Assembly: GCA_030141605.1 (NCBI GenBank)
Contig: JAQGDQ010000070.1
Coordinates: 186,001 to 250,000, forward strand
Direction: 5' to 3'
Origin: Tubiluchus corallicola
Taxonomy: Eukaryota > Animalia > Priapulida
DNA: 64,000 nt
In this document: positions 44,451 to 57,800 of the stretch, in pieces
How positions within the stretch are numbered: the stretch's first letter is position 1
Layout: the number at the start of each line of letters is the position of its first letter
Position numbers and translations under genes: made by a program
Notes under the pieces: generated by a model
Database searches by the model: none
What the model was told of the DNA's origin: nothing
The model's input: the letters and a program-made list of their open reading frames with translations, nothing else

Positions 44451-46552
44451 ATGACAAACCCTTTCCATTTTTTTTCAATAATTGATTTTAAGGTTGTATA
44501 ACACCGATCAGTAAGCCAACTAATTTTAAAGTTTCCTCAATGTCATTGATTTGACCTTGGTGTGCGTCTGAGGTCACGCCATGCTATTGACCTTGGAGGC
44601 ACGTAGCCTAACTGGTCCACGACTGACGGCTTCATATTCTTTTTTGATGTGAATCCTCACAGGTTCATAACCTCAAAGGTTCTTGAAGCCAGCCGCTTGA
44701 AGCGAGCGTGAGCTTGAGTACGCCTGAAGCTATATTATTGAGACGATTTTGCCAAGTTACTACATTTGTATTAAATGGTTTTTGAAGCTGAATCGTCACT
44801 GTATTGATAACTGTGAGTGACCGTTTGTGAAGCCAAACTCTTCCCGACATTTTGGATGTTTTCGGCTCAGTTCATGCTGATGACGTATGCACACATGTAT
44901 AAATATATTATTATAGATTGCTTCCTGTGACAACTTTTGTAGCCAAAACCAAGCTAAATTGCGGGCGATTTTAATTAATAAAACTTCGGAAATTGTAGAA
45001 TACTGCTGACCTTGTATGCGTGGCGTCCATGGCGAGAGGACGTCCGATTTTTGCCGAGGGCACGCGTAAGTGTGTCTGCAATCACCGGGAAATGTTTGCT
45101 GGGTTTCATGTATCTATTTAGCGTAGGTTTTTAGAATGAAGAGTTGCCTGAGTGAAAACCAACACAGCCACAGATGGTCCATGTCTTGTTGCATGTCATG
45201 TAAACACGTACCATATGCAGCAGATTTCGTACGTCCTATGCTAGCGCGCTGCTCCTCTCACTATGTGGACGAATGCGCAATCCTGCTGTTCGTCCTTGAT
45301 GGGGGTTGAGGTCGAGGACACCGAGGTTGTGGATTTTGAGTTTAAACATAACGAGTGTGCGGGCACAACGTTAGATATTTAGCTGTATTTTCGGTTTTTA
45401 GCTTTTTCACACGATGAAAACGCCCATACTTTTGTGAACTCTCATTTTGATTATCAACAGCATATATTGCTCCCAGTTAATTGATCTAATTACTACAAAT
45501 TTTGCCACAGTTCACATTTACTCGCAGTGGTATGAATGTAGTATCCAGTAATACGGAAATCACTAAATTAGTAACTTTGGTAAAAAATTGAAATATTTTT
45601 TTCATGTGCATGCATATTTGAAAAAACTACTCAAAAAGAAACTTTTACAGATTATAGATACTGATAGTTGATTTTTCTTTTTCTGCATCACATTTTAATG
45701 CGTATATTGATTTTAGATATGTTTTTAATATACTATATTCATCACATTTTTATAGCTAGATTTAATGAAGTATTTGGCAACGAATAAAAAAATAAATTTT
45801 GTTAATTGTGTTTTTTCAAATAAGTGTTAAACTTCATTGTCCCCTACATGTCAAGTAATATCACACAGGCTTATTTTAAAGTATGTAATTAATTTTAATC
45901 GCCTAACTATAATTGTGTTTATGTGCCCAGGTATTTTATGTATTTTGTGAAATGTAAAATAAATTATTAAAAATGAGCACAGTAACGAGTCCCTGAATAC
46001 TGCCATTCTTTCGCTTGTTAAATGACCACTTACCAATAATAACGGCTTGTGTTATAAGCTTCAGTGCATCACTGTCAGAATGTCCCACTGATTTTCGCGA
46101 GTGTAGTTCTGCACTGATACGCAAAAACATAGTTTTGATAAACATATTAAAGCTACATAAAAGGTATGTTGCATTTTCAAAACGTTTACAGTGTCTATTC
46201 TTCCGCTATGTATGTTACCATCGTCAATGTGTAAATGTCAAAACATCTCGCAGTACATGCAACGTAAACAATCCTCCGTTACTTCTGCTGCTTAAAAATT
46301 TTCATAACAACTACTTTATTTGCCACTGTACTACACTTTTTCCCACTGGGCACAATATTTGTAGTCTCTCCCTCTTTTAGTTACAAACACTAACTGACTA
46401 ACAAGATGTTGTTATAGACTATTTAAAGTGATGACATGTAATGTACTATATAGTAGCATCACTTTGAGTAATAAAATGCATAGCTTTTTAACTAAGGAGC
46501 TATACAGTCGCTTATGCCATGCATGTGTCTGTAATCTTTTGCACTCAGACAT

Positions 46553-46699
46553 GAGTTTTCTCTCGCAAGTTATTGCAGACAAGCATTACCGCGCGTGCAG
46601 ACTAGAGAGTTTTCCTCCGCAAGTTCTCTATGAGAGTCCTCGCTATGAATAATGCCGTCTGCAGTAACTTGCGAGAGTAAACTCTCTAGTCTGAACGCG
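46553..46699. repeat. Fold-back (inverted-repeat) element, probable MITE, with a duplicated left arm
   Basis: 46553-46588 is near-complementary to 46650-46684, and 46592-46625 is near-complementary to 46666-46699. Confidence 0.8.
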
Positions 46700-48311
46700 T
46701 CATTAAAATTGCGACGACTGTTAAAGACTATCTAATGATTTTGTATTTTTCCTTATTGCATGACTTTTTAGTTTATGAGCACATGTTATTATGATATACT
46801 GTAACATGTAAACTCATTACGCATGCATGATACCTAATTATTGGCTTATTCTTTCACAGGTAGCAATAAAGCAGGTGCATATTTCAACACATTTCAGCAT
46901 CCTCTTGACTCTGTGCATGCTTTTATTAGTGAGTCTCCTCTGATCCACGTTAAACTATTAACGTCCTCGCTGAAAGCAATGGCATAATTTATGGTCCTTG
47001 TTCCAAGCGTATATATTACCTGTAATTGCTTTTACTTGCTGACTACGAAACCTTTCTGACAGGTGTATATTGTTTATAATAGTTGCACTTCTACTGACAA
47101 GTGAATTATTACATCATTAAGCCCCTAGTTAAGCGCCAATACATATGCTGGACAAGTATCAAATTCTCTGTGGCATATTTTTGTGAAAATGTTTGCCTGG
47201 CTGTAATAGAGTTGGTTCACGGTAAGTTTATGGATCGTGAGATAGCATTTAGTTAATAGTAAGAATGTAACAGAGTAAATAGACTGAAACTGTTCTTTTC
47301 TTTTATTTTTTTACTGTTTTCTTATAGAAATGTTAATTCTTAACGAGGATTCAAACTGATAATTTCAGCCTATTTTGTTTTCTGCCTAGTATATTTAACT
47401 CTGGTCTGTAGCGTTCGATCTTCAGCTTCAGTATTCATGGCCAGCGAGACATATCAGCTAAGCTGGGCCACCTCAAGGTTCTATTTTTGGTCCTCTGCTA
47501 TATGAACATTAACATTAAGGTTTATTTTTTGGTTGTTTTACCACAAGATTTTCTAGAGTTTAATCTATGCACGTCTTTTTTGTCTTTCTTGCCTGATGTT
47601 AGGATTGCCAGATATTCACTTCCCAAGAAATCAGTTGCCTTGAATTTATCTGTTTTGGGTTTGCCAGTGAGCGTGTTATATTCTTCACAACTGAACCGTA
47701 CCGTGTGTACAGAGTACAGATATCTAGAACAACCACTTGATTCAGTTCGCTTTATAGTGTTATTAGTGTTTTGCATCAGTTAAAAATATATTTTAGTAAT
47801 GTTTTAGTTTATGGTTTCCTTTACTTCAACTTTATTTCGAACTTATGTTGTCCCGTGGGCGCTATATATTTCTTGCTCTTTCTTATACAAGCTTGAAACG
47901 TTTTTACGAACTCTGTGGGGATATATTTTCGGAAAATACATTTTCCTCGTGCTGCCGGTATGAGAGTCGTGTGTGATGAAGAAACGGTAAAAGTGTGCTT
48001 GCTGAGTGCTGTGAGCGTTTGGCGATGATGATGAAACGATTTGGCGCGCTTGCTGATTTTACAGTAATAATTAGTAATTAGGTGCAGAACGTAGCGCTTC
48101 TTCATAAGCCTTTATAGTCTGGCAGATTCGTTACAAAAATTACAGAATGAATAAAATTTAGCCAAATTGATGCATTTAACTATAAAACTAGTGTAGACCC
48201 TCCTTAGTAAAGAAATGCTGCAACTTAGTTTTAACACAACTCAACACGCGTTAGGACGGCTTTCATTTCGCTAATTATTTTCTTTTCCCTTCACTTTATT
48301 TTTTCAAGGTA

Positions 48312-48347
<36 letters not shown>

Positions 48348-49330
48348 TTCTTTATTTGTCATAAAAATGGTTCACTCATTATAATAAAATTGAGTAAGCC
48401 TCAGCGTAATGTTAAAATAACCACACTGTTCAAGACAAATGCGTCCAGTGCATACTAAAAAAACTAAAGTGCAAAACCATATACAATAAATGAACATTTA
48501 TAGTATAATGTCCCTTAGGTATTTTACTACACATAATTATGTTGCTTAGTCTTTTACTATACATAAATCTCTTACTACTTGGGAAGCTCTCTGGTTGTGT
48601 CTTGTAGCATTCCAATACCTAAACCTGTAAATGGTAAAAAAACTGCACGGCAAATATAACATTGCTGACACGCAGTCAAGACGCTTTCTTTGCCCTCGTT
48701 TCCAGCATTCAGCACCCTTAATGGACAGATTTATTTGTGCAAAGAATTAACGGACTTAATCAAACGGGTTGTTATGTGTGGACATACAAGCTCGTATTTG
48801 ACATCTTAATTCCGAACTGTCTATCCCGGCGCTTCTAAATGCGTTTTTCTGTTTGTCTGCAAACTCAGCACGTCTTTGTGGATTGTCCTGCGAATCAACT
48901 TGTTATTTGCTCGCCACCTTACTTTTCCTCAGACACACACTTAGTGCGCTTTGCTAAACTTGCAAATGCATATTGATGACGGGCACTGGCTCGGGCTTTT
49001 AAAATCCCATTAAAATCTCATCCAGCTATGGGATTATGTTTAGAAAGCAATATCTCAAATCTGTGTTGCTCAAAGGATTGTGTTACGAATGAAAAGACAG
49101 AGTTTTACTTTACGCGACATCTGGAGGGGTGTGTTTATTGTAACATTTTTGGTCTCTTTCATCAAGGGAGTGGGAGAGTCGTTGGGACATTTGTCCTGTT
49201 TTGTCGTAACCGTTTCCACGATTTGTCTATTTTATAATCATTGCAGCTTTCTTAATTGATGTCAGTTTTCATACAATTTTTCACTTGCATTTTTCAATAG
49301 AAGGGTCACGCTTGTCACTGTGCATTTTGT

Positions 49331-49540
49331 GGGTGACCGGTAATAAAGTCACAGGAAAAAGTCACGGAAAATGTCACGATTTTGGCTAGGAAAATTACTA
49401 GAAAAAAGTCACAATTAGTTTTAATAGGGGTAAAGGTTAAGGTTAGAGTTTAGGTTAGGGTTATTTCTTTTTTCCTGTGCCTTTTTTCAGGTAACTTTTT
49501 CTTGTGAGTTTTTTACGTGTTACTTTTTGGCTTGGATTTC
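49331..49540 (+). mobile_element. Interspersed non-autonomous repeat, copy 2
   Basis: Same termini and internal motifs as 38179-38547 with a shorter interior and a degenerate (TTAGGG)-like run. Confidence 0.7.
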
Positions 49541-52500
49541 GATTGTGTTCAGGCTCGTTTTGACTGTGTTTTACTAGCTAAGCTGTATCTTTCTTGTGAT
49601 GTATGTTTGTTGTCTGTTTGTCGTCTAAGTTAACAATACTCAATAAATGATATAGTCATTTTTTCTATTCGAAACTTAAATTAACTCGACAAATTATTAC
49701 GCTAATATAAATTAAAACCACTTTAATCACATGCAGTGGTTATGCAAGTCTAATATAATGAAAACCAATCTAGTTAATCCTTTCTAATTTGCTAACACAT
49801 GCACCACTGCATTCACTTGAAGCATAGCCCGCCTCACTTGACCCGAATTCTCGCGAGATCTCGCCCTTGCGTCGCATTGATCATCCAACATTGTCCAAGT
49901 TCGTCAATTGAATGACAATGGCAATATTAAATAATGTTGTCTCACAGGCTTCACTCGATTATGGTTTATGCATTATAATGGTTAGTTTAAGCTGACTCAT
50001 ACAGCCTATTGATGTTCACTGTTATCAGTAATTCCATTACTTATGCCTATCTGAGTAATGCTTGTATATTGTAGCAAACCCTTGATGCTGTCTACTCCAG
50101 AATTTAAATTTAAATTGATATATTCATGAACCACGTATTGCCATGTGCGGCTGTCCTTGACATGGGCTACAGAAACATCTGCAGAAAATTTTGTCAATTC
50201 AAAATGTTCCCAAACCTTGAAAGAATTCACGTTTTTAGTTTCTGCAGTCCATAGCATCTTTGTGTCTTAGTGAATCTATAACGTAATATTGTTTGTTGAA
50301 AAACTGTGTAAATTGTATCGTATTGGAAATAGTGTTGTTAAAAGCTGAACGATGTGTAAGTGGTTACTGCAAATTTTGATTTTGAATCTCAGATTTTATT
50401 TGGTAAGTCTGTTAGAGAGTAGAGAGGTCACTTTTTCGTTCTTAATTTCTTATTGTCCCATCATCAAGTTAACCAATTAGTCTTCTAGTTTTACTGCATA
50501 ATATTTAGTATTGAGAGGAAATTTTATCAGAATTTTTTAATTTATTTGGTAGATTAAACTACTACTAGTAAGTTTTGTTGCTTTTTCTGTATTATCTCAT
50601 TATCTGTTCATCCAGTTTTTCAGATTGCTAATCTTTTTTAAGCAAATTTATTATTTAAATCGTTGGTGCAGCGAGCGTGATACAAGCCCTGTGCAAAAAA
50701 GAAAAGCTTGACGACTTTCACTTAGTTAATTGTGTTGTGTTTTTTGGAACTCATTTGTTGCCATGAATGGTGCATTTTTCTTCAAACTGTCCAATGGATG
50801 ATCTTTTTAATTAGCTACCATCAGATGCTTGAAAGGTAAGCGAATTAATGGTTTTTGTTTTATAAATAATGCATTTGGTTAACGAAGGCCAGACTTAATT
50901 AGTTTGTTGTAATTAATGAGAGCTACTTCACTGTATTTGTTGGTATAACATAGGACTCAAGATGTTATTGTTTGTATTTTGATATAAATTTTTTATATTG
51001 AATTGCTTATACACATATTGCAATTATTAAAAGCGTTATTATTAAGTAACATAAGTATTTAATTACAGTCTTTTAAGTTGTTAACATTGAAAAAGAATAA
51101 AGATTGACTTGGTAAAGATTATCTTTACCAGTTGCATTGAGAAAAGATTTAAGTTTGAAATTATATTGTTTTTGTTAAATATTGTTATCTCTAGAAAATT
51201 TAAAATAGCCATCAACAGGTATATCACACTCTTTTCCTTTTAATTTTTATTTTCAGAATCAAGATTCAGCATCTGCTTTAACTGAAATTGCAGTTCTTCA
51301 GTAAACAAGATGAAATGCATTTGGCAGCAAATGAAAAGCTACACAGCTAATTCCCAACAATAAAGCAAGCTGTGCTAATAGGCACTTCAACATCCAAGCC
51401 GCATAGAGTACAGATGGTACACAGACCCCCTCACATGGCCTGCCACAAAAGAGCCAGTGAACAAATACAGGGACGCAACCTGCCGACAAAGGCTCGCCTT
51501 ATTATCTCACATGAGATGATTATTGTAGTGCCTTTCTTAAAAAAATAATTAACTTCCTTGCAAGAAGCAACAGTTTATGTGTGCCTTGTTAATCATCATA
51601 CTAACCATTGCAAAGTCTGCTGGATTAAGGATTATGAGTCTTTGTTGATGGCTAAGAGATATGTTGAAAAGAACTGGGCAGATTTGTCATCAAGTACAAG
51701 TAACAGAAAGAAGCTTTAAGCCATTTGTCTTATATAACTGAGCTTCTATATCTTACAGACATTTATATGAAAGCTGCTTGTGTTTTGGAACTGATAAGCA
51801 GTTTAGATTTGTCTGAAGGGCATTTTGCTACTTTTATTTGTGAAATGTATCAAACTGCTCCCACCAACTCTTATCAAACCTGCAAAGCCGCTGTGCAAGG
51901 CACTGTAGTCAATTCTCGAGGGATGCTTTTATCGGAGGAGCTATAAGTGCCGCCATTTTTGTGAATGAGCTTCTTAATATCACTGATATCAGACTCTTCA
52001 CAGCAGCGTTTCCACTATAAACAACCAGCTTTTCTTTCCAGCTGCAATTTGCTTAGAAGAGAAGAACCGTTATCGCGCGGAGAAGCAGCGTACTTTTTCC
52101 AGGCAATTTCAACAATTCGAATTCCTGAATAGAATTGTTTTGCTTCTCAAAAGACTGGCTTCGCTTCTAAATTGCCTTGTCTCTTGTTGAGAAAATCTGA
52201 ACTTTTTTTGCTTCAGAGGAACAATTACATCAAATGCAGTCGTATTTTTGCTGTTAATCGTATCATTGTTATTATTTCATGTTTGACGAAATAAAAAAAA
52301 CTGATGTAGAAATTGCACTACATGTTAGAGCAATTTGCTTGATTACAAGTACAGCTACTTGTTAGTATAATTTTATTAAGTATGCGTTTTGTCAGGACTA
52401 CACTTAAATATTCTGGTATGTATTTAAATCTTAGCTTTTGTAAGTTGTGGCGTCAGTTGTGTGCTAAGATAGTGCTATTTGTTCTTTTGTTTGCTGTATT

Positions 52501-54641
52501 CCTTGATTCTATTCACTTTTCCTTGTCCAATGTATTGCAATAATACTAAATCTCATAACAGTTTCCATACCATCATGATCACCTTTAATGGCGTCAGATC
52601 ATATAAGTCATCACGCCTGAACAATTAATCTTCTGTGTTTTATGAAAGGGTCTGAACTCGGCTTTGATTTTAGCATAATGGGTTTTAAGTCATTATGGTA
52701 TAAATGTTCCATGAGGTTTGATTTATGAATCTAAGAGGTGAAACTCAAAGGCATTAAAGGTGTGTTCCAGGTGCATGGTTATGGTAGTGTGAATGGCAGT
52801 GCCCAAGTGAAAGACAACAGAAATTTAACCAAATTTTTTTTGAATATTATTTCTAGTGTAAAAGTCAGATACATTATCACAAAATTTCACTTGATTAAAA
52901 AATAATTCTATCACAAAATATTATTAATGGAATATAATACTTGAAAGGTGTGAAAAGTTGTTTTTATTTTCCCGGTTAGGCTATCCATTCTTCCTTTTTA
53001 TTTTTTAACTTAATTCTGTTTATTTATATCATTTGTGAATGCTTATTATACTTATATCCTTCAAAGTGCAACAAATCATGTGCAAAACTGATATAAAGTT
53101 TTTCTGTGTTTTCATATTAAAATCATTTGACAATAAATAAATCTGTAATAAATCTAGAATCATAAAGCTGGAAAATGGTGTGACAATAGCACACACATGC
53201 AGCTTTGTGTTCTCAAACCCCGTAAATCAACGCAAACGAGAACTAAGTTGAAAACTGTGCACAACACAATTGAATTTCGCTTTTGCCATGGCGGCACAGT
53301 CAAACGTTTTAGCGCATTACTTACGAGCCGCTGCGATTGTAATCTCGACAATAAATTCTTTAAAGAAAACTGGAATTAATCAGCAGGTAACATTCATGGG
53401 CTTTTAGAACGGTCGTCTAATGCTGTTTCTGTTTTGGGAAAATATATACAGATTAGGAAAGCACAAAGTAGTTTCACGGCCCCAGGCACTGCCAAGTTTG
53501 ACTGCACACACGTTAGTAATAGACTTGACTGACCTAAGGTGATAAAAATTGATAATATATTTTCTTTCGGTTTATTTTAAAAAAAACATACATTAGGGAG
53601 GTTCTGTATTAACAAAGTGCTGCAGTTATTACTCTTCAAGTAATTCCAGCAACTAAATAACACTTTTCACGGAGAGCGTCAGTATTGTATAATTTGATAA
53701 ATGAATAGGCCTAACTGAATAATTGCAACATTAGTAATTAAATATGATACCTTCGAAATAATTATGAAGTACATATCAATAACCTTATGAAGTACATATC
53801 AATTAAATATAATTAAACCTATTATATATTGATTATAAAAAATAATTGATTTCAAATTTACACAAATTCATGATAAAGTGTTGTGTTGCTTCTGTTTGTG
53901 CACGAGATAATACCCATTGTCACATGTAACGAAATTACTTTATGTGGATCTGACAGTTACAAAACGCAAATTTTGCTACTCAAACAAATGAAATTATTGT
54001 TTTATGGGACTATCAAATGCAGTGCAGGAAATTGCATTGCAACTTTATCGACTTCACAGTCATAATCATCAAAATGATAATTGAGTTAAGCCACACAAAT
54101 GTCATTCAGGATATTCCTGACACCTGCATATAATTCTACATTTTATAATAATGCAACATACAATTTTGCAGTCATTACATAACATATTATAGACCTTGAT
54201 AAATAAATTTTTAATGAAATAGTAATATTTGTTTCAGCTATATGAGTAATGATGGTTATGCAATGCACAGAAAAACAACGTTAAATTTGAATAATTTAAT
54301 TTGAAATTAATTCAAGTTACCTAGTAGTAAAATAGTAAAAATAGACTAAACAATATTTCAGTTTAGCATTAAAATCCTATAAACCTTTGCCCAATACAGA
54401 TTTAACCAAAAATATTTTGTGGTTATTCATTCCTAGCAAGAGTAATGACACTAATAATGGAATTCAGATAAAGAAAATTAACAAGACTAGATTAGTTTTA
54501 AAGTTTACAGTAAGACTAGTTCTTTCAAGAGCATATTTGAATCAGAGAAAAGCATGGTGTGTGTGCTTCCTTTCACTTGTTCTAATTTAAATCTTCAGTA
54601 TTTATAAACTAATAAAACGTTCTCTTTCCCTGTCTCCCCTA

Positions 54642-54738
54642 CTCACACATGCACGCATGCACACACACACACACACACACAGACGCACGCACGCACGCAC
54701 GCACGCACGCACCCACGCACACAGTGTGTCCTCTTTCC

Positions 54739-54801
<63 letters not shown>

Positions 54802-54821
54802 CATCTCCCTCTCTCTTTCTC
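54642..54821. repeat. Compound (CA)n/(GCAC)n/(CT)n microsatellite
   Basis: Directly visible. Explains three overlapping low-complexity ORFs. Confidence 0.95.
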
Positions 54822-57800
54822 AAACCCACCTTTTCCCCTGCATATACTACATGTCACGTCTCTTATTCGCGCCTCACTAATGCCTGCCCTTAGTAATTAA
54901 ATTGCCTCGACATTCTATTGATTTTGTGACATTTGTGAAATAATTAAAATGGCAACTGAGATGAGTTCAGTGAGATATTCCACACACAATCCAATCAAGT
55001 TTGTGTTATTTAATCAAATCCACTCAGCATCACATAGGAAAAAACTGGATTTTCTTCTTGCAACGTAGTCAAATATTTGGGTCAAAATTTTACTTCTTTT
55101 TAATTAGAGAAAAAATGGATAAAAACATTAAAGATCGTCTACCTGACCCTGCATGAATGGTATTTTTTTAAATTACATAACACCTTACATTACATTACAT
55201 TAGTATTATTATAATATGTTCACTAGCAGAATTTAATACATTGCATTTTTGAAATGGCATTTAGTAGATAGATAAAACAGACATTTAATGTGCAGATCAT
55301 TGGCTGTCACTACTCTTATAAAATTGAGAGTGTTAGTACATTCCTAAAACATGAAAGGAGTAGCACAGATCAGCTTAAACTACCTGTGTGTTATGGCATT
55401 GTAGCAAAGATCATAAGACCCTGAATGTAGCAATAATTCAAGAATTGTGTTCTTGACATTTAGGCAGAGAAGGAAGTTAATGTCTTGAAGCTGAAATATG
55501 TTTCTTTTGTTTTCATATATTTGCCACAACTGGTTCCCATACCGGTGCAAAGGTTACACTCGCACCACATTCAGATAATGGTGCTCTGAAGCCTATAGAC
55601 ATGCTATGAGCAGATATGGCAGTGTGGCAGCTGACAGAGTTATAGTCACTGCCTTCCTTTCTGACCGAATCTTTCTCTTTGGCTGTAGATTAAACTAGCT
55701 GCTGGACATCTGACTTGAAGGGGAGTGAATGTTAACTTCATACAAATTTGTAGCGAACATTAAAATTGGATAGAAACGATTTGTACTGTTAATAATATTC
55801 AAACCGATTGGAAGATCGTGAAACAAATTCGTGACATTTGTGGCAATGTTAAAAATTAAAGCAGGGTGGCCAAACATGCATATTTTTAAATTTCTCACTG
55901 CTGGCCAACAGTCTGCCTGTAAGCTCAGCAATTCGGTGTCCACGATTCTTCCATTCTCACCACCCACAACGAGGAATGTCAAAATTGCACGGTAGGATTG
56001 TAGGATTGTATGGTGTACATTCAGCTTGTAATAACCACCCTTATATCTTTGTTAATTCCGCCTTTGCAGGCAAATTGGTGATTATTTCAATTCTGGTTTT
56101 ATCCTGCCAGCAAAATGGGCAATAAAACGGCCTTCTTTAATAAGATATTGCAACCATTGCGCAATTGTTGTAAGACGAGCCGTGAAACCCTAACCGATTC
56201 ACCTGGGAAAAATCATCTTTGGATTTTTACTGTTTGTTGAAGTTTCCTATGATGAAACAACCTGAAAAGTTTTATGGTTTTTAACTTTACGTTGCAGCAG
56301 TTCGTATGTGTTGGCGCAGCCTTATTGCACCCTGCAGATTTCTCACTGATCTTCCTAATGCGAAAATAAACCATTTTGTGGGAAAATTTAGCTAGCAGGT
56401 GAAACTTAGGGGATGAGTGCAAGAATCATTCATCGATTGAAGAAGTTGGAGCAAGTGTCTGACTGGAAATGTGGAGGGAGAACAAAAATAACTAGGGAAA
56501 TGAGAAAGAAACAAGAATCACAAAGGAGTTATTCCACTTCACAAACATAATAAAACAAATTGCAAAGTACGTCGGATTATCTCGAAAAGGTCTGTTGTCA
56601 CTAAGTGATAGATTCTCTCGGTGCCGATGTATGTACAAATTGTTTCGCAAACATCCTTTGTTAAATAGGCATCATTGGTGATGACGACAGTGAGCAGTAT
56701 GCCTAATTATAGTTGTACTGTGGCAATGACGACAGTGAGTAATGGGTTGTCGGGAATGTCTGTGAAATTCAGAGAAACGAGCATACACACCTGGTCTACC
56801 CATCTAACATCTTGACATTTCAGCTATAGAATTACCCGCCATGATTTATTGTCACGTGACATGTCGATATATTAACCGTTCGCAATGGTTTTCCATATTG
56901 CCTCAAGCAAGGTATAGATTCTATGGGAAATCTTATGCCTCTTACACAATAACGTCTGTCATGAGAAGATTGACTGTCCTTGTCTATATCTGTGCTTGTC
57001 AGCTGGATTTGGACAGGTATTCATTTACAAGCGACAAACTTAACGAGGCGTTAGACAACCTTCACCAATATTCGGTAATGATCAAATTTAATAGTAGGTG
57101 ATAGAAATAGTCCTAAGCTTCCGGAAGATCAGGTCAGAACGAACTTAAGAATATTCAGACTGGGGCAGGCATATAAGAAACCATTGTCAGCAAAATTTCT
57201 TGTCCTCAAGATTAATGAGCACTCATTGTAATGGGCCAGAGAGAGAAGGCTAAGATGAATACATGTCCCGAGTATCAGACTTAATACGTGTCTAATAAGC
57301 TAGTGATGAAAAATAGTCATTCTTCTTTTATATAGTGTACTTGTCAGTATGTAAATCCATCAGGATATACCTATAAATTTATGAAAAAAAATTGTGATAA
57401 AAAGCTTAACCCCATTATTGCAAGATGATATTTGTGCAATATAGTTAATCCATCTTTAAAGCTCTTCAGATTGGAGTTTGCAAGTTGATGGGTATTTTGG
57501 GTGAGACATTTTCTTATCCATACTTGCATTTTTTCGCCTGTGGATAGCTGTCTTATGTGTCTTCTATGACTTTAATTAGCATGACCTTCGCATTGGCTGT
57601 GTTGATCTGTATGTATATATAGGATGTAATATTTATATCGTATTATTGTAAGTATTTTATTGATCTTGTTAATTTGTGTTGAAATTATTGATACGTGAAA
57701 TAAGATCAGACGTACTGATTTCGTGGTATTGATTTGTTTTGTAGCGGTTCTTTGTTTAGTAGACAATCTTCATTCCTCAACCAATCAAATACGGTTGACA

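Noticed and set aside
55617-55653. miR-34-like sequence (tggcagtgtggc-agctg ... cactgcc)
   Set aside because: The seed matches, but the fold-back spans only ~36 nt, too short for a pre-miRNA, and the 3' part of the mature sequence diverges.
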